Shown here piece after piece: positions 43,676-52,893 of a DNA stretch of 64,000 bases. The stretch is from NCBI GenBank assembly GCA_965205505.1, contig CBDBHB010000009.1, positions 480,001 through 544,000 of the forward strand, read 5' to 3'. The position numbers and the translations under genes were made by a program. Numbering within the stretch: the first letter of the stretch is position 1; each line of letters opens with the position of its first letter. Under the pieces are notes generated by a model. It did not search any database. It saw only the letters and a program-made list of their open reading frames with translations, and had not been told where the DNA came from. Source of the DNA: Acidobacteriota bacterium. GTDB taxonomy: Bacteria; Acidobacteriota; UBA890; WLXD01.

Positions 43676-43717
43676 GGTCTCCTCCTGCGAACTCCGGCTG
43701 CCGCCAGCGTCCTTTTA

Positions 43718-43765
43718 CCTAATCTGTTTAGGAGATAGAAAAATAGCATACCTAAGCTGCTGAGG
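43718..43765. promoter_or_regulatory. Two CCTAA-N5-TKAGG palindromes, putative PadR operators
   Basis: 43718-43732 and 43751-43765, 33 bp apart, upstream of padR. Confidence 0.6.
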
Positions 43766-43844
43766 ACAGATGCTGGCGCGAGCGATCCCGCGCGTACCCT
43801 GCTGCGGCGCGTCGCCCACACGACCAGCGACGTAGACTGATGAG

Positions 43845-44870
43845 ATGATCGGCGAATCAGTGTTGATTCCAGAACTGGAGGGCGTCGACGGGCTGGTGTT
43901 CGACTTGGAGGGGACCCTGTACGTGGGGGACCGTCCGGTCGCCGGCGCTGCCGCATCGATTGCCACGCTTCGCGCCCGCGGCATGCCGCTGCGCTTCCTT
44001 ACCAACACCACCACGTGCGCCCACGATGCGCTGACCGTCAAGCTCGAGGGCATGGGATTCGAGGTATCGGGCGACGAGGTGTTCTGTGCTCCCACCGTCG
44101 CCGGCCGTTTCCTGCTAGAGAACGACGCAAGCGCCTGGCTACTCGTGTCGCCGGCCGCGCTGCCGGACTTCGATGGCGTGCGCACCGACCCCGACAATCC
44201 CGACTACGTGGTGGTGGGCGATCTGGGCGATGATTGGACGTTTGCGCTGCTGAACCGCGCCTTCGTCCTGGTGCGTGAGCGTGGCGCAGGTCTCATCGGA
44301 TTGGTACGAAGCCGATACTGGCTGTCGGCAGATGGCGCGCGACTCGACGTGGGGCCCTTCGTCGTAGCGCTGGAGTACGCCACGGGGCGGGCCGCCACGA
44401 TCTTCGGCAAGCCGGAGCGCGCCATCTTCGAGACCGTGCTTCGCACGATGGGGCTACAGGCAGGATCGGTTGCCATGGTCGGCGACGATCCGATCACCGA
44501 CGTCGCCGCCGCGGCGGCAGTCGGGATGCGGACCGTGCTCGTACGTACCGGCAAGTATCGGGAAGGGGCCGAGGACCCGAGTGAGTCGGCTGGTGAGGCC
44601 ATTGGTAGTGCCGACGTAGTGGTCGACTCGGTGGCCGGCCTGCTAGCGTCAGCTCGTCTGCGGCGCCTTCAGAGCAGCCTTGCGGTTCCGGTAAAGCTGC
44701 TGGTCCACGACCGCAGCCATCGCCTCGGCGTCGAGCCCGTGCTCGAGGAATTCGTCGATCGCGCGAACGAATGTGGCTGGATCCTCGAGCGCGTCCTTGT
44801 AGTGCACCTCGATCATCTGGAAGTTGGGGCGATCGCGCACCAGGAACTGGACCTGCACCAGATGTCGTAG
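43845..44870 (+). CDS. HAD-IIA hydrolase (LHPP/HDHD2-like); homology ends about 44645
   Basis: FDLEGTLY, LTNTT, GKP, MVGDD..D, LVRTGKY; tail overlaps the opposite-strand gene. Confidence 0.85.
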   Translation: MIGESVLIPELEGVDGLVFDLEGTLYVGDRPVAGAAASIATLRARGMPLRFLTNTTTCAHDALTVKLEGMGFEVSGDEVFCAPTVAGRFLLENDASAWLLVSPAALPDFDGVRTDPDNPDYVVVGDLGDDWTFALLNRAFVLVRERGAGLIGLVRSRYWLSADGARLDVGPFVVALEYATGRAATIFGKPERAIFETVLRTMGLQAGSVAMVGDDPITDVAAAAAVGMRTVLVRTGKYREGAEDPSESAGEAIGSADVVVDSVAGLLASARLRRLQSSLAVPVKLLVHDRSHRLGVEPVLEEFVDRANECGWILERVLVVHLDHLEVGAIAHQELDLHQMS

Positions 44871-45287
44871 GAAGAACTGTTTCGTTTGCAGATCGTCGAG
44901 CGGATTGTCCTCGGCGCGCCGCTCGAGCATCTTGTTCTGCGATGCGACGACCTCGTCGAGGTCGCGACGCATGAAGATCACCTTGTAGAAGTGCTCCGCC
45001 GGCAAGTCCTTGAGCAAGTGCGAGATGACCTTCAAGACCTTGCCGCGCGCCTCACCGACCCACGATTTATCGGTCTCGCTCTCGAGGTCCTTGACCCGCT
45101 CGTGCTCGTAGTAGCCCTTGGGATTGTCGACATCGGCGGCGCGCTCGTTGTCCGTGAGGATGGGCAGTCCGGCGGCATCGAGCATGCGCATCATCATCGA
45201 GGTGCCAGAACGCGGTAGCCCGGACACGATGATGACCTCGTTGCCGTACTTGCGACGGCGGAGAGCTCTCTTGATCGACGTCAGCAA
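44649..45287 (-). CDS. Sulfotransferase-family protein
   Basis: IIVSGLPRSGTSMMM PAPS loop, DNPKGYYE, FMRR..EVVASQ. Confidence 0.85.
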   Translation of the reverse strand: MLTSIKRALRRRKYGNEVIIVSGLPRSGTSMMMRMLDAAGLPILTDNERAADVDNPKGYYEHERVKDLESETDKSWVGEARGKVLKVISHLLKDLPAEHFYKVIFMRRDLDEVVASQNKMLERRAEDNPLDDLQTKQFFLRHLVQVQFLVRDRPNFQMIEVHYKDALEDPATFVRAIDEFLEHGLDAEAMAAVVDQQLYRNRKAALKAPQTS

Positions 45288-45425
45288 GCGAATCTCTCAA
45301 CACACAGGAGTGAATAATCGGGTCATTGTAGCAAGGCGACCACTCCGGTCCTTGCGGCGCCCTCGCCCATCTTCGTGGTCGCGGCGAGCGTCAGGGACCG
45401 TGTCGTTACGTGTACACTGCGGCCC

Positions 45426-46610
45426 ATGAAATGGGCCTCGTTCTTGTCGGAGGAAGCCTGTCTCGACGTCGCCGTGCAGCAAGCGTCTGGCGAGATCGAT
45501 CGGGCTCTGGGGGGGCGCCAGCCCAACTTACTATTGCTGTTCGCCTCCGAACATCACGCCGATGACTATCCGGAGGTGCCTCAGGAAGTCCGGCGATATT
45601 TCCCGTCCGCACGCCTGTTGGGTTGTTCCGGCGGCGGAGTAGTGGGCGGTGGGCGCGAGATCGAGCACTCTCCCGCATTGTCGATGACCGCCGCCGTCCT
45701 TCCGGATGTGCGCATAGAGCCTTTTCACCTGGACTCTGACGAGAGCGACCAGTTGATCGAGGAGCCCCTGCGGTGGCATCGGTGTCTCGACGTTGACGTG
45801 TCTCGGCCGGCGCACTTCGTGCTGCTGGCCGACCCCTTCAGCTGTGATGTGCGCGGGCTACTGGCATCGCTCGACTCGGTGTATCCGGAGAGTCGCAAGG
45901 TGGGTGGGCTTGCCAGCGGCGCGAGCCGTCCCGGCGACAACGCACTGTTCATCGATGACGGCGTGCGGACCGAGGGAGTTGCCGGCCTGTTGCTCAACGG
46001 CGACATCGCTATGGACACGATAGTTGCGCAGGGCTGCCGACCGATCGGTCCGCTGCTGTTCATCACCAGCGCCGTACGTAATCGGATTCTCGAGCTTGAT
46101 GGAAGACGTCCGACAGAGCTGCTCGGTGAGCTCTACGACGAGCTGCCGGTAGCAGACCGGAAGCTCTTTCGCCACTCATTGTTCATCGGCGTAGTGATGA
46201 CGGAGGGGCGCGACGTCTATTCCCGCGGTGATTTCCTGGTGCGCAATCTCGTGGGGGTGGAGCCCGAGACTGGCGTCATTACAGTGGGCGAGCTCGTGAA
46301 GCCGGGGCAGGTGGTGCAGTTTCACCTGCGTGATGCCGACACATCGGCAGAGGATCTCGATGCTTTGCTGCGTGAATACAAGACCAGCAATGGTGCGACG
46401 CCCGACGGAGCGCTGCTGTTCTCTTGCCTGGGTCGCGGCGAGACACTCTATGGGGAGCCTGATCACGACAGCCGCATGATCAATACTCGTTTGGGTGAGA
46501 TGCCTATCGGTGGTTTCTTCTGCAGTGGCGAGATCGGCCCGGTTGACCGCCGCACGTTCGTACATGGTTACACCAGCTCGATCGCTCTGTTCCGGCAGCA
46601 GGAGCGCTGA
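45426..46610 (+). CDS. FIST N/C domain protein
   Basis: GCSGGGV, GGLASG, VAQGCRPIG, FSCLGRG, GFFCSGEIGP, HGYT. Confidence 0.9.
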   Translation: MKWASFLSEEACLDVAVQQASGEIDRALGGRQPNLLLLFASEHHADDYPEVPQEVRRYFPSARLLGCSGGGVVGGGREIEHSPALSMTAAVLPDVRIEPFHLDSDESDQLIEEPLRWHRCLDVDVSRPAHFVLLADPFSCDVRGLLASLDSVYPESRKVGGLASGASRPGDNALFIDDGVRTEGVAGLLLNGDIAMDTIVAQGCRPIGPLLFITSAVRNRILELDGRRPTELLGELYDELPVADRKLFRHSLFIGVVMTEGRDVYSRGDFLVRNLVGVEPETGVITVGELVKPGQVVQFHLRDADTSAEDLDALLREYKTSNGATPDGALLFSCLGRGETLYGEPDHDSRMINTRLGEMPIGGFFCSGEIGPVDRRTFVHGYTSSIALFRQQER

Positions 46611-46613
46611 GAC

Positions 46614-47390
46614 GTGGGCCCGTCGGCGATCGGGACGCTGGTGGCGGCGTTGTGCTGCGGCGCCAGCGCGATACAGGCGACGCTGTCCATCGAGTACATC
46701 GCTCACGCCAGCTTCTTGATCGAGTCACCGGGCGGCGCCCGCGTCCTGGTGGATCCGTTCGCCAGCCGTGTGTGGATCGGCTACGATTTTCCTGAGGGTC
46801 TGCATCCCGACGCGGTCGTGATCACCCATCCGCACTATGACCACGACGCCGGGCGGTTCCGTGGATCGCCGTTCCCGTGGCCTGAGGCGCGCGTCTTCGA
46901 CGCGCCCGGCGAGTTCTTGGTCGACGACGTCCGTCTGATCGGGCTGCGCGGAAAGCACGCTGATCCGTACGGCGAGGAGTTCGGCCAGCGCAACACGATC
47001 TGGGTGATCGAGACGGCCGGGCTCCGAATCGCACACATCGGCGACAACGGCCCACTGACGCGCGACAACGTTCGCGATCTCGGCGCCATCGACATTCTCA
47101 TGTTGCCGATCGATGCCCAGTACCACATCCTGGCGCGCGAGGAGGCCGCCGCGATCGTCACGGAGGTGCAACCACGGCATCTGGTACCGATGCACTATCG
47201 GCTGCCGGAGCTGGAGCCGGATCCCGACTCGCCCGATGACCTCGGCACCATCGAGCCCTGGCTGCAGAGCCGCGCCGGAGTTGTGCGGCTCGGTTCTCAC
47301 CGGTGGCAGGTGGGGCTCGATACGCTGCTCCCTGCCGGCAGCACAATCGTCTTCGAGCCTTCGCCGCTGATGGCACGGCCATCGCGCTAG
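46614..47390 (+). CDS. Secreted MBL-fold metallohydrolase
   Basis: HASFLI, THPHYDH, HIGD, VPMHY. Confidence 0.85.
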   Translation: MGPSAIGTLVAALCCGASAIQATLSIEYIAHASFLIESPGGARVLVDPFASRVWIGYDFPEGLHPDAVVITHPHYDHDAGRFRGSPFPWPEARVFDAPGEFLVDDVRLIGLRGKHADPYGEEFGQRNTIWVIETAGLRIAHIGDNGPLTRDNVRDLGAIDILMLPIDAQYHILAREEAAAIVTEVQPRHLVPMHYRLPELEPDPDSPDDLGTIEPWLQSRAGVVRLGSHRWQVGLDTLLPAGSTIVFEPSPLMARPSR

Positions 47391-47423
47391 CTAGCAGGCC
47401 ATACTTCCACCACGGCCTGCTAG
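47391..47423. repeat. Collapsed family B element CTAG-CAGGCC...GGCCTG-CTAG
   Basis: Short left end joined to a full right end; follows the MBL stop and shares CTAG with the next element. Confidence 0.75.
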
Positions 47424-47590
47424 TGTCCTGTAACAGAGGTTCGTTGCATATCGCTCCTGCCCTCCGGGTGGCCGCGGGACCGGCCACCTTGGGCGTCGCG
47501 GCGCCTCGACCTTGGGCGTCGCGGCGCCGATACACCCAGCATCGCCCTCGCCGCCGCTCCTACAATTCGCCCCGGTCGCGCGCGCCACAA
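47424..47590 (+). mobile_element. Partial family A MITE copy
   Basis: TGTCCTGTAACAGAGGTTCGTTGCATAT, internal GGTGGCC-N8-GGCCACC hairpin and GTCGCGCGCGCCACAA shared with 18712-18982; 20-bp duplication at 47486/47509; right IR missing. Confidence 0.8.
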
Positions 47591-47617
47591 ACGTCACCGT
47601 ACTTATGATCAGGAGCA

Positions 47618-48348
47618 CTAGGGATCGGAGTCGAACGGCGCTCCCAGTGCTGTCGCGAACGCGCGGATGCGCGCCGCGTTCGCTCCCAGATCGCTTCGGC
47701 CCACGCGCGACGTCGAGCGTACGTCAACGACCGATCCCGACGAGGCCGGACGGACGCGCACGACGAAATCGTCCACGAAAGCGAAAACACCCGATACCGC
47801 ATAAGCCTCGATGCGGCCGTCGGCACGGTTGCTGAAGGCAATGGTTAGGCCGATCTCCTCCACTGCCCGGATGGCCGCCGCGTGAGCGGCACCGGGGTCG
47901 AGGTCGAGCTCGATGGGTCGCAAATCGGGATAAGCGCGTCGTTGCTCGACGATGACCTCGGCGCCGCCGTGCGGATAGGTCAAATCGCGGCTGGCGTTAT
48001 CGTCGTGGTCGAGGGCGACACGGTAAGCGGGCGCGTCGTCGGGTGACGTGGTGATGTCGTGAATCGGCGGCGCGTTCATCTGCAGAATGGTGGCCAGCAG
48101 CGCAATGATCAGCGCCGTGCCGCCGAAGAGTCCGCGTTGGCCTGCCGCCGGCGAGCGCGAATCCCTCCGTGCTCTTCGCCAGGCGAGCAGGCCGAGGGCG
48201 ATGCTGAGCAGCCCCCTAGGGCCCAAGTGAGCACGAAGACTCCGACCCCGCTCAACGGCCTGGCGGCGCCGACATGGATCGCGGCAATTGCGCCCGCCAT
48301 GATACCGACGGTAACGATGGGGGAGTATGCTGCACTCTGCGTCAACAT
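47618..48348 (-). pseudogene. DUF1499 membrane protein, frameshifted near 48215
   Basis: PPIHDITT, FVDDFVVRV, VDVRSTSRVGRSDLGANAARI; N-terminal TM segments in another frame. Confidence 0.75.
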
Positions 48349-48541
48349 TCTTTGCTCCTGCAGCGTCGGCAGACGCGCCGAGAATGCGTTTCAGAGTCTT
48401 GATCGGCTCGCTATCGAGCTCCTCGAGTCCGACCTCGACGAGACGTCCGCCGGCATTGCCGGCCCGCTGTCGACGTACGCAGAGTACAAGAGCCTCTGCC
48501 GCCGCGCCCCTGCCAGCTCGTTCGACTCCAGGTAGACTCTT

Positions 48542-49294
48542 GTGATGGCTGAAGACTGCGAAGAGCTCGTGGCGATCATTGCGGCGAGGGAGGACGAGCT
48601 CGTGCCGCTGCGCGAGCGTGTACTAGTTTCCGAGGAAATCAAGGACGGGCCCCGCTACTACGTACGAGGCACGTTGCGCGGCGTGCAGGTCGTACTCGCG
48701 GTGACCGGCGATGGCAAGCGTAACGCCGATCTCGGAATCCGACGGTTGATCCAGGTGTGCGCGCCGACGCGCGTCCTGGCGGTCGGGATGGGAGGTGCGC
48801 TATCGGCGGACCTTGCGGTTGGCGACCTGGTGGTTTCCAGCGAGGTGATGGAGGGAGAACGCACGCTGGCCTGTCCGGATCTGCAGTGGCTGGAGGAGGC
48901 GTCGCTTCATCTGGACTATGACCTCGGGCGGCTGGTTACCGTCGACGAGATACTGGCGACGCCATCCAGCAAGTCGGAGTGGTACGGAAGGACATGGCGC
49001 GATCAGCCCGCTGCCGCTGATATGGAGTCAGCCTGCTTCGCCAGGGTGGCCGTGGCCTACAAGCTTCCATACTTGATCGCGCGGGCTATCAGCGACGCCG
49101 CCAACGAGGTGCTGCCAGACTACCTTGAGGACTGCCGTGCGCAGGACGGCAGCATCGACAAGCGGCAGGTGTTTTGGAAGACAGTCTGGCGACCACGCTC
49201 GTGGGGCAGCATCGTACGCTTGCGCTCGCGCATGCGGCGGTGCGCTAGCACACTGGCCGATTTCGCCGAAGGGCTCGTTGCCGCATTGGCGTAG
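48542..49294 (+). CDS. Nucleoside phosphorylase/nucleosidase, HpnG-like
   Basis: GMGGAL..L.VGDLVV, ADMES, RAISD, C-terminal DG.....WRP helix typical of hopanoid-associated phosphorylases. Confidence 0.75.
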   Translation: MMAEDCEELVAIIAAREDELVPLRERVLVSEEIKDGPRYYVRGTLRGVQVVLAVTGDGKRNADLGIRRLIQVCAPTRVLAVGMGGALSADLAVGDLVVSSEVMEGERTLACPDLQWLEEASLHLDYDLGRLVTVDEILATPSSKSEWYGRTWRDQPAAADMESACFARVAVAYKLPYLIARAISDAANEVLPDYLEDCRAQDGSIDKRQVFWKTVWRPRSWGSIVRLRSRMRRCASTLADFAEGLVAALA

Positions 49295-49341
49295 GTAGCT
49301 ACGTTCCCACCGTTCACGGTGCGCGTCGCCAGTATGCGGCA

Positions 49342-49363
49342 TTGACATGCCCCGAGGTGTCAA
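49342..49363. promoter_or_regulatory. TTGACA-N10-TGTCAA inverted repeat upstream of the mevalonate operon
   Basis: Perfect 6-bp IR whose left arm is a consensus -35. Confidence 0.55.
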
Positions 49364-49471
49364 GGACACTCGGAACCCTACGCCCTCAGTGCGCTGCGCT
49401 GGTCTTGAACGCCGCGCGCCCGCCTCTCGTGCGTCGCTATTGCCGGCGCCGATGCCGCGTTGCGAGTACGC

Positions 49472-50518
49472 ATGAGCAGTACCGATTCACCGGCCGCCAA
49501 GCCACCGGCGGCGCGCGACCGCAAGGCCGAGCACATCCAACTGGCGCTCGAAGAGCGAATGCAACACGGCAGTCGCGGCTTCGATGCCTGGCAGCTCGAG
49601 CATTGCGCGCTTCCCGAGCTCGACCTGGCCGAGGTCGACCTCAGCACCGAATTCCTCGGCAAGCAGCTGATGGCGCCGCTGCTTATCTCCTGCATGACCG
49701 GTGGCACCGCTGACGCGGCCGGGATCAACCGCAACCTGGCAGTCGGGGCCGAGCGTGCGGGTGTTGCGGTTGGCGTGGGGTCGCAGCGCAAGGCGCTGGA
49801 GGATCCTACGCTCCAAGCTACCTTCCAGGTTCGCGAGCACGCCCCCACGGTACCCCTGTTGGCCAATCTGGGTGCGGTGCAACTGAACTGCGGGTACGGC
49901 GTCGCCGAGTGTCGGGCGGCCGTTCGTATGATCGATGCGGACGCTCTCGTGTTGCACCTGAACCCTCTGCAGGAGGCAATTCAGCCCGAGGGCGATGTCA
50001 ACTTCGCCAACCTGTTGCCCAAGATCGAAGCGATTGTTCATCAACTCGAGGTGCCGGTCATCGTCAAGGAGATCGGCATGGGCATATCGCTGTCGGTGGC
50101 CGAGCGGCTCGCCGAAGCCGGCGTCCGTATCATCGACACGGCGGGACATGGGGGCACCAACTGGGCCCGTATCGAAGCACAGCGTGCCGACGATCTCGAG
50201 CTCGGCGCGATGTTCGCCGACTGGGGAATTCCAACGCCCGACAGCATCCGCGCCGTCGCCAGCGTGCCGGGAGTCACCGTTATTGGCAGCGGCGGGGTCC
50301 GTACTGGAATCGACGTGGCCAAGGCGGTAGCGCTCGGCGCTGACATGGTCGGCCTGGCGTATCCGTTCCTCAAAGCGGCCCTGGAGTCGGCCGATGCGGT
50401 GGTGGCGCGGATCGACCGTACTCTGACCGAGCTCAGGGTGTCGATGTTCTGCGCCGGCATCCGTACAATGGCCGATCTGCGTGCGGCGAATCTGACCGAC
50501 CGAGCGCCCCGCCGATGA
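49472..50518 (+). CDS. fni: Type 2 isopentenyl-diphosphate isomerase
   Basis: RKAEHI, MTGG, GVGSQR, HLNPLQEAIQPEGD, VKEIG.G, GGTNW, WGIPT. Confidence 0.95.
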   Translation: MSSTDSPAAKPPAARDRKAEHIQLALEERMQHGSRGFDAWQLEHCALPELDLAEVDLSTEFLGKQLMAPLLISCMTGGTADAAGINRNLAVGAERAGVAVGVGSQRKALEDPTLQATFQVREHAPTVPLLANLGAVQLNCGYGVAECRAAVRMIDADALVLHLNPLQEAIQPEGDVNFANLLPKIEAIVHQLEVPVIVKEIGMGISLSVAERLAEAGVRIIDTAGHGGTNWARIEAQRADDLELGAMFADWGIPTPDSIRAVASVPGVTVIGSGGVRTGIDVAKAVALGADMVGLAYPFLKAALESADAVVARIDRTLTELRVSMFCAGIRTMADLRAANLTDRAPRR

Positions 50519-51762
50519 ACGACACGGCCGAGCCGGTCGACCAGGACGCCCTCGTCGACGAGATTGCAGCCGGTACCCGGCGCTTTCATCAGCTGCCGCC
50601 CGAGCTCAGCGCTGCTGATGCAGCAGCCATTCGACGGCAGGCCCTCGAGCGCCTCGCCGGAGCAACTCTGACACACACCGGCAAGTACTCGTTCGACGCG
50701 ACGCGCGCCGCCGGCAGCCATTGCGAGAATCTGATCGGTGTGACACAGGTGCCGGTCGGCATAGCAGGGCCACTGCTCGTGCGGGGTGATTACGTCGACG
50801 GTGAGGTCTATGTCCCTCTGGCCACGACGGAGGGAGCGCTCGTCGCCAGCATAAACCGAGGCTGTGCGGCCATCCGGGCCGCTGGCGGGGCCACCGTGTA
50901 TGTGGAGGACGTCGGCATGACCCGGGCGCCGGTGTTTCGCTCCAGCGGGCTGGCGCAGACACGTGAATTCCTCCGGTGGGTTACCGACAACGAGGATGAG
51001 ATCCGCTCCGTGGCAGAGGGCACGAGCCGTTTCCTGCAGCTCGTGGATATCCGCCCCTATGCTTTCGGTACCACGATCTTCCTGCGCTTCAGGTTCCGCT
51101 CAGGCGACGCGATGGGAATGAACATGGCAACCATCGCCTGCGATCAGCTAGTACGCGAGCTGATCGAGCCAGCGACCGGCGTGCGTTGCGTCGCTCTTTC
51201 CGGAAACTACTGTACCGACAAGAAGCCCGCAGCGATCAACTTTCAGGAAGGCCGCGGCAAGCGCATACATGCGCAGGTCAGACTCGACGCCGATGTGCTG
51301 GCGCGCCTGAAGACGAGCTCGGCCGAGCTGCTCGAGGTGCAGTACCGCAAGAACCTGCTGGGCTCGATCGCTGCCGGTTCGATAGGTTTCAACGCCCACG
51401 TCGCCAATGTCCTCGCGGCAGTGTTTCTCGCCACTGGGCAGGATCCGGCACACGTAGTGGAAGGGTCGATGGGAATCACCTCCATCGAGCCTGGCGACGA
51501 GGGTGGCGTGGTGGCATCGATGTACCTGCCTGCTGTCCCGCTGGCGGCGATCGGCGGTGGTACTGCGCTCGATACGCAACGCGAGGCGCTCGCTTTGCTC
51601 GGCGTCGCGCCGGAGCCGGACCGGCCTGGCGTCGCGGTGTTGCGATTGGCCGAGATCCTCGGCGCCGCCGTTCTCGCAGGCGAGCTGTCGCTGCTGGCCG
51701 CCCTTACCTCTCAGGACCTCGCCGGCGCCCACAAGCGGCTGGGGCGCGCCCAGGCCGGCTAG
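50515..51762 (+). CDS. hmgA: HMG-CoA reductase, class I (NADPH, archaeal/eukaryote-like)
   Basis: CENLIG, PLATTEGALVAS, GDAMGMNM, GNYCTDKK, GQDPAH, GELSLL..H. Confidence 0.93.
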   Translation: MNDTAEPVDQDALVDEIAAGTRRFHQLPPELSAADAAAIRRQALERLAGATLTHTGKYSFDATRAAGSHCENLIGVTQVPVGIAGPLLVRGDYVDGEVYVPLATTEGALVASINRGCAAIRAAGGATVYVEDVGMTRAPVFRSSGLAQTREFLRWVTDNEDEIRSVAEGTSRFLQLVDIRPYAFGTTIFLRFRFRSGDAMGMNMATIACDQLVRELIEPATGVRCVALSGNYCTDKKPAAINFQEGRGKRIHAQVRLDADVLARLKTSSAELLEVQYRKNLLGSIAAGSIGFNAHVANVLAAVFLATGQDPAHVVEGSMGITSIEPGDEGGVVASMYLPAVPLAAIGGGTALDTQREALALLGVAPEPDRPGVAVLRLAEILGAAVLAGELSLLAALTSQDLAGAHKRLGRAQAG

Positions 51763-51774
51763 GCGGTCACACCG

Positions 51775-52893
51775 ATGGATGCAGCGCGGTCGCTCGAACG
51801 GCGCTTGCTAGCACGCGTTTCAGTGCCTGGAAAGCTCATCCTCATGGGTGAACATGCCGTCGTCTACGGTCGACCGGCGCTGGTGGCCGCCACCAGCCTG
51901 CGCCTACGGATCGACCTGTACCGCAGCCACCGGGCCGGCGTGGAAGTGGAGCTGCCGGAGCTCCAGTACCAAGACCATGTCTCGTGGCAGGAGATCCTGC
52001 GTTATGCGAGCCGAATGCGGCAACGGTGGGAACGCTACGATGCGAGCCCGACGCCCGAGGTGTTCGCTAGCCTTCAGGACGACCGCGCCGACCGGCTGGT
52101 GCTGCTCGCACTGGGCGAGGCCATCACGGCGCTGGGTGAGGATCCGGGCGCGAAGGGCCATCCGCTGAGCGCGCTGCGGCTTCGGGTGGACTCGGCGGTG
52201 CCGATGCAGGCCGGCTTCGGGAGCTCCGCCGCCATCGCTGTGGCGGTGGTGACGGCGGTTTGTGCGCTCTTCGGCCGGGCGGAGAGGTGGTCGCTGATCG
52301 GGCCGATCGCGGGCGAGGTGGAGCGCCGGCAGCATGGCGCGCCGTCTGGTGTAGACGTCGCGACCGTGTTTCACGGCGGCATGTTGCGCGCCCGCCGCGC
52401 CGGCGAAGAGCTATCGATCGAGCCGCTGGCGGCGCGCCCTGACACCCTGCGGCGGCTGCGCCTCTTCGATACGGGTCGCTCGGCCGAGCCGACCGGCACG
52501 GTGGTCGCGGCAGTACGAGCACAGCATGACCTTCACCCAGGCAGCTTCGAGGAGTCGTTGGACGCCGCCGAAACCGCAACCCTGGCCTTCCAGGCTGCGG
52601 TTACCGCCTCGGCCGACCGGATCGACTTAGTGCCACCGATCCGCGATGCTCAGCGCTACCTGGAGTCTCTCGGGGTGGTGCCCGAGCCAGTATGCGACGC
52701 TGTCCGCGCTATCGAAGCGCTGGGTGGCGCTGCCAAAATCTCTGGTTCGGGTTCGCTCGCAGGTCCAGGGGCCGGGTCCTTGTTGGTACTGCTGCCGGAT
52801 GGCATCGAGAATCTCCCCGAGCCGCTGGCGAGGTTTCCGGAGCACGAAGTGTCGCTGGGCGCCGAGGGTGTGTGGGTAGAGGTGGTGTCATGA
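51775..52893 (+). CDS. mvk: Mevalonate kinase
   Basis: PGKLILMGEHAVVYG, PMQAGFGSSAA, HGAPSGVD, AKISGSG. Confidence 0.9.
   Translation: MDAARSLERRLLARVSVPGKLILMGEHAVVYGRPALVAATSLRLRIDLYRSHRAGVEVELPELQYQDHVSWQEILRYASRMRQRWERYDASPTPEVFASLQDDRADRLVLLALGEAITALGEDPGAKGHPLSALRLRVDSAVPMQAGFGSSAAIAVAVVTAVCALFGRAERWSLIGPIAGEVERRQHGAPSGVDVATVFHGGMLRARRAGEELSIEPLAARPDTLRRLRLFDTGRSAEPTGTVVAAVRAQHDLHPGSFEESLDAAETATLAFQAAVTASADRIDLVPPIRDAQRYLESLGVVPEPVCDAVRAIEALGGAAKISGSGSLAGPGAGSLLVLLPDGIENLPEPLARFPEHEVSLGAEGVWVEVVS

Noticed and set aside
47486-47528. 20-bp direct repeat as a regulatory site or mini-array
   Set aside because: Only two copies inside a MITE remnant; a local duplication explains it
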